From NCBI RefSeq assembly GCF_031769215.1, contig NW_026782145.1, forward strand, positions 496,001 to 560,000: a stretch of 64,000 nt of DNA, written 5' to 3'. Below, piece by piece: positions 13,229-25,680 of the stretch. This DNA is from Ylistrum balloti. Taxonomy: Eukaryota. Positions within the stretch are counted from its first letter, which is position 1, and every line of letters begins with the position of its first letter. Position numbers and translations under genes: made by a program. Under the pieces are notes generated by a model. That model did not search any database, was not told the origin of the DNA, and saw nothing but the letters and a program-made list of their open reading frames with translations.

Positions 13229-13630
13229 TTACTATTCACCATACAAACATGTACAATTTGTTGGTATGTATCGTTGCCTTTTTAGATTATCTTGTATTAT
13301 TAGTGTTCAAGCATACAGGGTTTCCGTACATTGAAGACACTAGTAGCACAGTAACATTATACATTCATTTCCGGCAGAGACATTGATTAGGTAAAGGGTT
13401 CACTAAAAAGTCACGTGATATTTCGGTAGATGCGTCTATTCATACTATCACATGATGCTTAGATAAAGGGTTCATTACACACAGTCACGTGATGTTTACT
13501 ATCCACCATACAAACATGTACAATTTGTTGGTATGTATCGTTGCCTTTTTAGATTATCTTGTATTATTAGTGTTCAAGCACACAGGGTTTCCGTACATTG
13601 AAGACACTAGTAGCACAGTAACATTATACA
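13229..13630. repeat. 135-bp direct duplication of non-repetitive sequence (13229-13363 and 13496-13630)
   Basis: Two near-identical copies offset by 267 bp (ttactat(t/c)caccatacaaac...aacattataca). Confidence 0.95.
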
Positions 13631-14045
13631 ATTTCACGTGATGTTTAGGTAGAGGGCCCATTCAAAAAGTCACGTGATGTTTAGGTAGAGGGCCCATTCA
13701 TACAATCACGTGATGTTTAGGTAGAGGGCCCATTCATACAATCACGTGATGTTTAGGTAGAGGGCCCATTCATACAGTCACGTGATGTTTAGGTAGAGGG
13801 CCCATTCATACAGTCACGTAATGTTCAGTAGTAGAAGGTCCATTCGTAAGTCACGTGATGTTTAGAAAGAAGATCCATTCATACAGTCACGTGATGTTTA
13901 GGTAGAAAGTCCATTCATACAATCACGTGATGTTTAGGTAGAGGGCCCATTCATACAGTCACGTAATGTTCAGTAGTAGAAGTTCCATTCATAAATCACG
14001 TGATGTTTTGAGTAGAGGGTTCATTCATACAGTCACGTGATGTTA
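13405..14045. repeat. Minisatellite, ~36-bp unit (tcacgtgatgtttaggtagagggcccattcatacag); ~11 copies after 13635 plus degenerate copies at 13405-13495
   Basis: tcacgtgatg recurs about every 36 bp. Confidence 0.93.
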
Positions 14046-15112
14046 CCCTTTTCCGTTGTTTGGCCCACGTTAGAGTCTTAAATTAGAAAGAAATATCTAC
14101 ACGACCATGAGGAACGATCAAGGTTAATGGAAAAATGACAAATTTCTTATCGTGGTGAGCTGTACAGGAATCAAACACTGAAGCGAGCCGGACTCTGCAG
14201 AGAAGATCGAAGTAATTCCTTCCTCCAGACTCCGGGACTACTACTGGGATGATCGTAATTACCAGTCAAATGATTTCTCCTTGTCAAACGTCCATCTGAC
14301 ACAGATTTATCTGATTGTATCAAAGTTTGCGCCATGACAAAGATTCCTTCTTAATCGAAAACAACGCGTATTTTAAATGAATGATGTGGAATAATGATGA
14401 CATTCTGCAGTTTACCATCGATTTATTTTTTTATTCATAAAATCTTGTTGTAGTTGTCGTATATTATACATAGTGCTACAGAAACAGTTGACAGCACTAG
14501 CTCTTTCAAGTTTCCGTCGATTGAGTCAGAATAATAATTCTGCGAGAAGAATTTTGCATAAAAAAACATGCGGTATTGCCTGACTTGGAGAGCGTGCTGT
14601 CAACAAGTGTTTTAATCAGCCACGGCATGAGGAGCCAATTCCCTAGACCCACATTTTAAACTCAGGATATGTGTATTCTAATTGCTTTGTCGTAAATATA
14701 ATAGGAAAAAATTCAAACAACGCCTTTCTGACAACAAAGACGTTTGGAACACATAAAGGCGCTTTAAGACAAATGATGTGGCGCCTATGTGTCCTCCCTA
14801 TATATTGTTAAATCATTGTCATATCTCGGCACAAAATTTGTCCGGGACTGCAAGCCCGCGGCCTCTTCTTTATTTACAATCTGTGCTGGGCTTCCTGCAC
14901 TTCATTGTTTGCATGCTGTTTTTGTCACCTCGAAGAAGCAAATTTATATATGACATGCAAACTTGCTGATAACTATGGGGAATGTTGTCGTTATGTTTCT
15001 AATTATTAAGTTCCCCTCTCATTCTTAAAACTGTAATTAGCTTAGGTTTTGGCCGTCTGTCAAGCCTATTCTTAACCAATAGACAGGGTCAAAATAGACG
15101 ACTTGGAACGCA

Positions 15113-15159
15113 GGGACGGGGAAGAGGGTAGGGGTTAGGGATGGGAGGAGGGAGTGGGG
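15113..15159 (+). other. Potential G-quadruplex-forming sequence
   Basis: Multiple GGG/GGGG runs with short loops: gggtaggggttagggatgggaggagggagtgggg. Confidence 0.7.
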
Positions 15160-16254
15160 TGTTCGACTTGTGTATTATACTATGATTTAGAAAAAGAACG
15201 AAATACCAGAGAGAAATTCATCAGCCTCATCAAAGCCGCAGGTAAAATACTGTCCGCTGTCTTCCCACATGTTCAGAACTAAAATGATCACAATGAGATA
15301 ACTAATAAAGAACACACGAGTTCATTAATATTATATTACATTGTACAAGGCCCTTTCCACAGAAATATTACTACACGCCCTTGTGACTTAATAACCTATT
15401 ATAACAAGCTAGGTATGCAGGACAGGTATATAGCAGATACAGCATCTCTTGCTACGAATGTTTGGTGACAGACCAAGAAGGAATGTGGTCTTTTGGTGAC
15501 CAGCCGCGAAGGAGTATGGCCTAGCTTATACTGTCGGACTTGGTGACTAGCCGCGAAGGAGTATGGCCTGGCTAACACTGCCGAGTTGGCAACTAGACTT
15601 GAATGATCAAGACTTCGTAAAGAATGGGCGTGATAACGACGTGATGAGCTGATTACGCGATAAGTGACAATATTTGTGACGTCCCTGGAGGAAACCAGTG
15701 ACGTCAGAATACAGAAGAATGACTCTAATCACGTGCTGTTAATCACAGACTATTGCTGGCAAAGTGATCAGACCGCACGTGCTCATGATTCGTATGCAGG
15801 TGCCCCACCCTCGGGTGTTATTTTTTGTTCGTCGTCGCCCCTATGTCATGTCGCTCTCGCCACCAGTAAATGAGCCCACGGGTACTTATACAGTATTAGT
15901 TAGTATTAATATGAGACGATTTGAACGTCTCGTGTCATTTAAAGAGTTTATGAGGGAAGACAAGTTATATTTAATATGCTGTTGTATCTGTTTTATTGCA
16001 CGTTGACTACCAACTATAACGAAACCAATGAAAAGAGAATAATTCGGTAAACTGGACATGCCGTGCTGAAATACGTTATTTAAACAGGGTTATTGATAAA
16101 TAAACATATCGTTTGTGTTTTCTTTGATCACAGCTGGTTTGAAATTGATTCCTGAACTTTCACCTTTACCAGACACAGACCAGAGTTGAGTGTATTTGTA
16201 ATTACATAGGGGATGGTAATTAAAGAAAAAGACCTGTCGACTGTTGTATAATCT

Positions 16255-16670
16255 TACGATAATCTTATGTACATTTAAAGTGGGGAGTAATGTGACGAGA
16301 TGGTGATAACATCATGGGACTTTTGGGCTGAAGTATAATCTTATGTACATTTTATGAAAATATTGTGACGAGATGGTAATCGTATCTTTGGACTGTTTGA
16401 CTGGTGTATTATTTCTTGAACATTAAGGTGGAAAGTAGTGTGACGAGATGGTAAAAACATCAAGGACTTTTCGACTGCAGTATGATTTTATGAACAATTT
16501 ATGAAAATACTGTGACGAGATCGTAATCGTATCTTGGGACTTTTTGACTGGTGTTTTATTATTGAACATTAAGGTTGAAAGTAGTGTGACGAAATGGTAA
16601 TAACATCATGGGACATTACGGCTGAACATTAAGGTGGAAAGTAATATGGCGATATGGTAAAAACAGAGAT
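16255..16670. repeat. Old diverged tandem repeat, ~74-bp monomer arranged as a ~147-bp dimer, ~5-6 monomers
   Basis: tgtgacga(g/a)atgg/cg anchors at 16291, 16364, 16439, 16511 and 16585; alternate monomers are more alike. Confidence 0.85.
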
Positions 16671-17928
16671 TTTTCGGTTGTAGTAAAATTTTATAAATAC
16701 TAAGGTGGAAATAAGTGTAAACAGATAGCGATAAGAATATAGTAAAAACAAACAGAATTGTAGATTTATTATATAATTACAGAAGATAATTATACTTCTA
16801 CTAAAACCAGATGTTATTATCTCAAGAATACAACAAAACCAGTGGACATCATAGATGATAAAGCAAAACGAAGTTTCTACTTGAAAGACGTAACATGTTG
16901 TCACGATAAGTTATCAACACGGCGTGTCAACTTATAACAGCATAGCCTTATATTACATGTGTCGAGTCAATAACATATCATTACAACGTAACATGCCGGT
17001 AACTCATCGCCAAGTCGATGTAACTCTTACAACACAGAATGACAAGTCAACTGTTTACCATGTCCACATGATACTATTTATCCTGCAACTAGCACTGCCA
17101 TCGTCGGAATATACATGCCACATTTTTTTTTTTTTTCAGTGACAGAAAATAGCTATTCGGCAGTGTATTTTACAACACGCACATTAATTTGACAAAATAA
17201 CTCTGTTTTTTACCTTGATATCTCATTTAAAAATACAATAACTGTTTAAATCAGTGATTTTGTTTGTTGTGGCACACTACTTTATTTACGAAAAATTATA
17301 TTTTTTTTTCAATTCCATTGAAACGAGGAAATATTTTTCCGCGCGGAGTAATTATTTTGATGTACGTCAACACCAGGTAAAAGCTCGCCACTTTTATCTC
17401 TCTTCACTCTCGCCAAAAAGACCAGCTTGTATTCTAAGACACTGACCATGTATTCTCTATGTCAGATCAGAGCAACTCCATGACAAATTTACTCAACACC
17501 ATGGCATGTCAACTCAATATTATGGCATAAGTTGGCAATATAGAATTCCAATATAACAGAATGTATACAGACAGTCGTGGTGTTCAATATTCTCTCATTT
17601 CAAACATCTTATGATGTTAGACGTGCATGTTCGATCCTATTTCGAGGATAATGCGACATGAGTGTTGAGCGGTCTCCAAGCATTTCCATGGCCATGTTTA
17701 CGACACAGATTTGTAAAGCATCGCTGTCTGTGGCAGTCCCGACAAAAATTTCGTTAGTTTAATTCTATTTAAACACTATTGCATTTACTACTTTAACAGA
17801 TTAGTACCTATTACCCGACACCCTGTAAGCCTACAAATATGTCTCTCGTAGGGGCGAAAAATCAAATGAAATTAAACCAATTTCAGCGTAAATTCTTCTT
17901 TAACATACGGAATGTCTTATCTGCCTCA

Positions 17929-18157
17929 GGCCCTAGTTGCTCAAAGCTTGCTCAGAGTTAAGCAGTTGTTAGTGAAAAATTGGGGTGGCTGTTACAGAAA
18001 AAAAATAAAAAAAAAAAAAAAAAAACAAAGCGAAATTGACACTGAAAGGATTACAACCATAAAATGATAAAGACTGTTCTTAGTTTTGTTTAAGTTCATA
18101 TCTTAATATTTTCCTAACCACTAATTCAATCATCCATTGCTTTGAGAATCTGCGATC
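17929..18157. mobile_element. Possible degenerate MITE-like relic (~230 bp) with an internal poly(A) tract
   Basis: Left end ggccctagttgctcaaagc-N16-agttgttag is imperfectly mirrored by ctaaccact-N16-gctttgagaatct (18114-18151) with identical spacing. Poly(A) at 17998-18025. Confidence 0.35.
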
Positions 18158-18234
18158 AGACGTCAAGTGGGAATTGGAATAGAATTTAAAATTGTTCTGT
18201 AATGGGTTTCATGATATATGGATTAAGATACACC

Positions 18235-19895
18235 AATGACAGATAACACCGAGTTATCACCATCACATCTACAACACGTGTTTATACTGGTGACAGATAA
18301 CACCGAGTTATGACCATCACATCTACAACACGTGTTTATACTGGTGACAGATAACACCGAGTTATCACCATCACATCTACAACACGTGTTTATACTGGTG
18401 ACAGATAATACCGAGTTATCACCATCACATCTACAACACGTGTTTATACTGGTTTATGTTATCACCATCACATCTACACCACGTGTTTATACTGGTGATA
18501 GATAACACCGAGTTATCACCATCACATCTACAACACGTGTTTATACTGGTGACAGATAACATCGAGTTATCACCATCACATCTACAACACATGTTTATAC
18601 TGGTGACAGATAACACCGGGTTATCACCATCACATCTACAACACATGTTTATACTAGTGACAGATAACACCGAGTTATCACCATCACATCTACAACACGT
18701 GTTTATACTGGCGACAGATAACACCGAGTTATCACCATCACATCTACAACACGTGTTTATATCAATGACAGATAACATCGAGTTATCACCATCACATCTA
18801 CAACACGTGTTTATATCAATGACAGATAACATCGAGTTATCACCATCACATCTACAACACGTGTTTATATCAATAACAGGTAATACCGAGTTATCACCAT
18901 CACATCTACAACACGTGCTTATACTGGTTACAGATAACACCGAGTTATCACCATCACAACTACAACACGTGTTTATACCGGTGACAAATAACACCGAGTT
19001 ATCAACATCACATCTACAACACGTGTTTATACTGGTGACAGATAACACCGAGTTATCACCATCACATCTACAACACGTGTTTATACTGATGACAGATAAC
19101 ACCGAGTTATCACCATCACATCTACAACACGTGTTTATACTGGTGACAGATAACACCGAGTTATCACCATCACATCTACACCACGTGTTTATACTGGTGA
19201 TAGATAACACCGAGTTATCACCATCACATCTACAACACGTGTTTATACTGGTGACAGATAACATCGAGTTATCACCATCACATCTACAACACATGTTTAT
19301 ACTGGTGACAGATAACACCGGGTTATCACCATCACATCTACAACACGTGTTTATACTGGTGACAAATAACACCGAGTTATCACCATCACATCTACAACAC
19401 GTGTTTATACTGGTGACAGATAACACCGAGTTATCACCATCACATCTACAACACGTGTTTATATCAATGACAGATAACACCGAGTTATCACCATCACATC
19501 TACAACACGTGTTTATACTGATGACAGATAACACCGAGTTATCACCATCACATCTACAACACGTTTTTATACTGATGACAGATAACATCGAGTTATCACC
19601 ATCACATCTACAACACGTGCTTATACTGGTTACAGATAATACCGAGTTATCACCATCACATCTACACCACGTGTTTATACTGGTGATAGATAACACCGAG
19701 TTATCACCATCACATCTACAACACGTGTTTATACTGGTAACAGATAACATCGAGTTATCACCATCACATCTACAACACATGTTTATACTGGTGACAGATA
19801 ACACCGGGTTATCACCATCACATCTACAACACGTGTTTATACTGGTGACAGATAACACCGAGTTATCACCATCACATCTACAACACGTGTTTAGA
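18235..19895. repeat. Minisatellite, 54-bp unit (acaacacgtgtttatactggtgacagataacaccgagttatcaccatcacatct), ~30 copies
   Basis: Highly homogeneous copies; ORFs 18431..19858 (-) and 18456..19928 (+) show an 18-aa period. Confidence 0.97.
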
Positions 19896-22800
19896 CTAAT
19901 AGCATATAGTACGTATCTACGATTGTAATTAGATTTTTGGCAGTAGATTTCGAGAATGAAATATCGGAAAGAAAACTATCGTTAATGTCAAAGAGATTTA
20001 CTCGCTCAGGAATAACAATTAGATATAGCACAATTATTCTTGCTAAAACTTGCATTAGACACAGTGAGGAAACAGATGATTGTGCCGTAATATCATTACT
20101 AGTGTTGAGTGTAATGGTATTGCGGATTCGACTTACGGCCTAACACGGTAACATACTGTGTTTACGATTGATACAGATTCGGAGTAAAGACGTTTTGAAG
20201 TATAGTAACTCGGGGCTGTTGATAATGACCTATTATTATATTGTGTAAACATCTCGTTGTGTCCTGTATTAAGGGCGATTGATACAGAACATCACAGTAA
20301 CGTACATTACCCGTGTCTCAATCGTCAATAATTCTAGGTAAACTTTATTACTTCACAAGCCTTACATGACAAGTTAACGGGATAGACAAAATAAAATGAA
20401 ATTCAAAGCTCAAGTAAACATTGTCCAAGTTTGAGAGTCTGCAGGAACGTACACCTAACTAGGTATTACAAAGAGTTGCTGAAGACTGATTGGCTCCACG
20501 TGATGAAATATCAACCAATGATTACTTTTCCCGCCCATTACGTGCGGGCTTCCCATTGTGCTGGAGAGGCAGCGGAACACAGTATTACCTTCAATCTAAC
20601 TTTTTAACTGCATGGTACCTATTCCAAAATAATCCCACAAACACTTGTAATTTTAAGAGCAGAATCACTTCTTTCCATGCTAAAATGTCTTTTTTTAAAG
20701 AAGCGTGGAATTAGGAGGATACTGTGTGCATTATTTATAGACTAAGACACTGTTTTGTGGGTCACGAGAGAGTAACGTAGAATTCCCTTACCTAATTGTT
20801 AATTGTATAGAATTCAGTAGAAAACTATGAGCACTTTAACTTTGGTGCAGATTAAAGGTTATGGAACTTTTCACTAATACTTTACAATAGAGGCATGCGA
20901 ACTGTATGTACTCTATCAGCACGGAGCTACGGTCTTATACAGTGTAGTATCATATAGAATAAAGCATATCAGAAGATATATCTCAAAACCAATCCCGAAT
21001 CTATTGCTTGCCTGTTAAAGAATTAATGTATCTCTGCTTGATAGCTAGTGCTCTATGATACTGCATGGAAACCCAAAGAAAACGTGTGACGTATGTGATC
21101 AGCCGGGAGTTGCTGGTGATTGGTTAAAACTGACCTACAATATATCCCTTTGAAGCATTAACGTGGAAATAAAACCATTCAAGATGAAAGGACGTCAGAT
21201 ATTCTGTTTACAATCAATCCATTTTATTTCCATATTAAGAGCACCGAAAATATCGGTATTCTAACTGATTAAGAACAGATTTTTAAAACATGGTGTTAGT
21301 TATTCACGTGAACAATGGAAATACTTCAGAATGTTATTTTCAGAAATCGAGGAAACTGCAGGCACTGCACATGTAATCATCTTGTATCATTAATTTAAGT
21401 ACATGTAAGTACATCTTTTTTGGTCAGACTCTTCATAGTCCTTATCTCTGATTTACGTTAGGATAAAAACGTGCCAAATTAACATCTTATCGATCTCTGT
21501 GTGCTGACTTTTGCAGTGCATGATCATTTGAGAAAATATGAAAGAAATAGTATCACGTGTGAGGAAAGCAAGATGTCTTGAAAACCACGTGACCAGGCTA
21601 CGATTCTGACAAACTTCTTCGTGAATCCGAAGTAAACGGAAGTTTATGCCGTGGTCTCTTTCTATACTCATTGTTACCGTCGTTTTGACTGATCGTGCTG
21701 ACTAGAAAATTATATACTATAACGGTGGCAATACATACTACAACGATTAAAATATAATATAATATAATAATAATGGTGAAACTAAATAAAATAAAGATGA
21801 CATCAAGTTAATGACGAAAGATTACAATATAATGGTACAACCATATACACTGGGAGTCAAATAAGACAAGATAAAACCATCTAACGATGAAAACTTACAA
21901 TATAATGGTACAACCACATACAATGGAAACTAAACCACGCAATTATAGAACTAAATCATGTATTGCTGAAATCAAATTATATAATAATGACGTCATATAA
22001 TATCTGTCGATGTGATCAGACATGTGTGATATAATGACGGTAACAAAAATTATTGTATTCTATACCATGTGTGACTGCTGTGGTGCTTCATAATTAAGCA
22101 TATAAAGATCTCTGCTTGGCTATAATTAATGACGATGAAGAACCGGATAGGAATGTAACTTGCCACGTGACTGGAAGTGATGTTAAGCATACCCCGTCAC
22201 TAGGGAAGCGCGTGCTGTCCGTCTGGATTGTTAATAATGCTTTGCTGTAATTGTCATGCAGGGTTTCCGCATATAAATAAGACAAAACCATCACTGCTTA
22301 AACATTTCCGTTACACATTTGACCTTAAGTGGTCGTATTTACATTTTCTATCCTTTTCTTATTACAACAATTAATAGTATTGGGACAACTGTTGTATAAC
22401 TTAATAACACAAATTTGTCTAGTGGGTCCTCCTCATAATGAATGCTAGCCGTGATGAACGAGCATTTGTTCTTTAAATTTGGATTTATTGTGAAGTACTA
22501 TATGATTTTGAAGGAGGAAAAGGCTGATAGAAGTAATGACATTAGACTAAAGACACAAACAGAAAATGTGACGTCATTATATACCGTCACATAACAGCTC
22601 GCGCTACTCGCATGGCAACCTTGAGGATAATGAGACCAATCTCGTGCATCAATATACAGGCCTATTACTTACTCCTTGCCCACGGGATTTTCTCTCCGAT
22701 TTAATTGTTCTTTGAGTGTAACATGACACCAAACCTTGTTTTGCATGTAAATGACTGTAGTTTCCATGCAGAACGACGCGACTTGCGATTGTCTAAATTG

Positions 22801-23149
22801 TTAAAAGAAGGGCCATTACAGGAACGGACTATCTCAGCCGCCATGTTTTAATATCATGATGGATGACACCATCACTTCCAAACCTGGGAATATCGCCAAA
22901 TTTGTAATGTTGGGTTTGAATAAGTATTTCTAATTTGCCCATCAGACGAAGCTTTGTATAAAACATGAAACACAAGAGATAGGACTCACGAATCTGAGAT
23001 AACGACCCTGTCTTGTAAGAGAGAACCTGTTATATCCTCTCTCAGTTATTTGTGTGTCTAGCCTTCCCCCATTTTCTCGTGATAGTATCGGTACTATGTA
23101 ATATAATTGATCTTTCTTTTGGAATATCTTCTTACTCGACTCTCAACTC

Positions 23150-23620
23150 ATTTCTGTATCGAATACCTATTACACGTGACTTACCAATCCGCCCATGACT
23201 CGTTATCCCTTTGTTGACTCATCAGTAAACTTTGGCTGACTGTTTCAAAAATGACTCATGACTCAATTCAAGACTCGTTCGTTGATTTTTCAGACATCTT
23301 ACTTCATTTGGACTAGTTCACATGTTGATTTATTGATCCAGTTTTGACCCCTCCGTCAGATATTGATTTTTTTTCAAAAATGAATCGTTAGAGTCGTTAA
23401 TTGACTCGTTGTTCAATTATGTCTTTATTATTCCAACGGTGACTCGTTATTCAATTATTCATTAATTATTACCTGACATTATCTCTTTATTCAGTTACTT
23501 ATTCATTATTCCAACGTCGAGTAGTTAATCAATTATCTATTCGTTTTTCTAATTGTTCATTATTGACTCGACATTCCGTTATTGTCACATGATTATATTT
23601 TGACTCTTTGTTGACTCAAT
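23150..23620. repeat. Highly degenerate repeat region rich in tgactc/gactcgtt motifs
   Basis: More than ten gactc motifs at irregular spacing; no clean unit recoverable by eye. Confidence 0.55.
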
Positions 23621-24115
23621 CATATTTCACAAGTCAACCGAATGCTGAGTCATTAATATTCCATAAAACTCCATTTTCACGTAAGAATGGATTTTTTCTT
23701 GAAATGCGCCTGGTTTTAGAGGATATTGTTAGTGTTACAAAAATGTTTGTGGTTATGTCTAACGGAGAGCGTGCCTGCAACTGAATGATGACGTAATGGA
23801 TCTTTGGGGAACGTTCCGTAGGTATGATTTGTGCCAACCACCCGGAATAATCACAATTAGTTCAGGAATTTTCAATTACTTTGGTTCTCCTTTAATAGTC
23901 GGGATTTAAAATTCCTTTTCAACAAAGGTCCTTAAAATTGTTATGATCCGATTCCATTTATCCGCTCTAAAGTACTCGAGCTGCCGATACGTCTCTCGAC
24001 TGAATCAGCCCATCACCAAGATATCGACGAAAGCATCATACAATTGAACTAGACAAAGAAACACTTTTAAAGTCAACAGTAGATAATTTCCTCGCGGTTA
24101 ACGGACTAAACTCAC

Positions 24116-24182
24116 GTCATCCAATGGAGCGTCTACACGGCAATCCGGCCGGAGAGCGGTCACTGTTGGAGTACGCAATCTT
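24116..24182 (-). other. Candidate 67-nt internal exon, product unknown
   Basis: Minus-strand acceptor ttaccacag|AAG and donor GAC|gtgagt; locally GC-rich; one open frame (RLRTPTVTALRPDCRVDAPLDD). Confidence 0.28.
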
Positions 24183-24799
24183 CTGTGGTAACAGTAATCA
24201 GGATTTTTTCTCTTACATGTATTGAATCTCTCTTTTTCTATGTTAGCTTTCTCTGATTCAATGTCATATATAAACACCTAAAACAGTCTTGTCAACAATC
24301 ACCAGTGGGTAAAACTTGATAAACCCGGCAAATGAAAGTGAAAGTCAAATATTCAAACCATCAGTTGAACACCTCGGTCAAAACGAACCGGAAAGCAACC
24401 TTAATAGATTTAATACTTGGGTAAAATCTTGTTGTTATTGCAACTAGTTGTCAGTTAATTAATGGTTTCAGTTGACGTAACTGTCAACAATGGTGGTTTT
24501 CTATTGAAAATCCTGGTTTTAAATCCTACTTTATGTACAGCTGATATCATTAATGGGTTGATGAACTAACATGATTTATAAGTGATTTTCTCATCGTATG
24601 CGAGACTTAGTGGTACCCTCAAACAACGCACGACGAAACTTTTCTAAAATTATCATAATGTATTGTCCTAAATTATTAAAATGTTCTTAAGTATATATCT
24701 AATCATATACACAGTTCCTTGTATCCTTCCAATATAGCAAAGTTTTAATGTATAATGTAAATGTAATGATTGAGCTGACGCAGGGCAATCAGTGTATAC

Positions 24800-24945
24800 A
24801 CGTGTGAGCCTCATCTCACACGAGCAATCACACATGTCCCTCTTTGACAAAACAGGGAAACACATTCCAGTCAATGACCTAGCAGGAATCGAAGCTAGAT
24901 GTTCAGCGCGATAATCCACGGCTCTGCCAACCACTTAAAGGTATT
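24800..24945 (-). mobile_element. Degenerate tRNA-derived SINE-like head (not an intact tRNA)
   Basis: Minus strand reads AGTGGTTGGCAGAGC (A-box-like), GTGGATTATCGCGC, then GCTTCGATTCC (B-box-like) at tRNA-like spacing. No acceptor stem found. Confidence 0.4.
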
Positions 24946-25379
24946 TATCACTGTGTACAAGATATATACCCATTTAAAACTATGTACATGACATATACCT
25001 ATCTAAAACTATATGTAAGTCACACCGAACCGGTACTGTGTAGTATATCAGCAATACTTGTGACACATTTTGGTCCTGATAGTTGCTTCCTTCAGACAGC
25101 ATCGCCTGAGACACGATACATGCAGCCCACGCACTCTTCATGGAGACGCCCGGAGTTCGAATCCTGGATCTGTTCAAAAGGACGAGAACACCAACTCGAT
25201 CACATCGACTTCCTCACATATTGGTCCCATATAGTCATTGCCATCCAGGTCGTGTGATATAAAGACACAGACGTTAAGACAAATCTCAAGACATGACAGA
25301 GTAACCTTGTCGCTACATTGTATGGAAACATAGTAGTCAGGCATGTCGCTGATCAAACATAAATGTCACATGACGTAAT

Positions 25380-25680
25380 CAAATGTCTATCGTCACATCT
25401 CTATCGCGCGTATCTCTGACGTTCGTGTTCCTATCGTCCTACATGTTGATGTTACACATGTCTCTATGACACGTGTGTATGTCACGTGCCTCTATGACAC
25501 GTGTGTATTGCACGTGCCTTTATCACGTGTGTGTATGTCATATGTGTCAGTCACACGCTTGTTTCTCACGTGTCACTGGGACACTTGTGTATATCACACG
25601 TGTCTGACACATTTGTCTCTGTCACATGTTTAACTCAAGCGCGTCTGTATTACACATGTTTATGTCAAACGTGTCTACAA
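25380..25680. repeat. Degenerate repeat rich in gacac/cacgtgt/gtgtc palindromic motifs
   Basis: Repeated cacgtg, acatgt and tctctat motifs without a regular period. Confidence 0.6.

Noticed and set aside
15131-15140. Telomere-like GGGGTTAGGG
   Set aside because: Single copy within a G-rich tract; not an interstitial telomeric array.
15493-15569. Two copies of ttggtgac-agccgcgaaggagtatggcct 47 bp apart
   Set aside because: A simple two-copy local duplication with no further structure (although it could be an unexpanded array seed).
20488-20520. ATTGG-CT-CCACG plus CCAAT, near an ERSE-II element
   Set aside because: The spacer is 2 nt rather than the required 1 nt, and ERSE-I spacing (N9) is not met.
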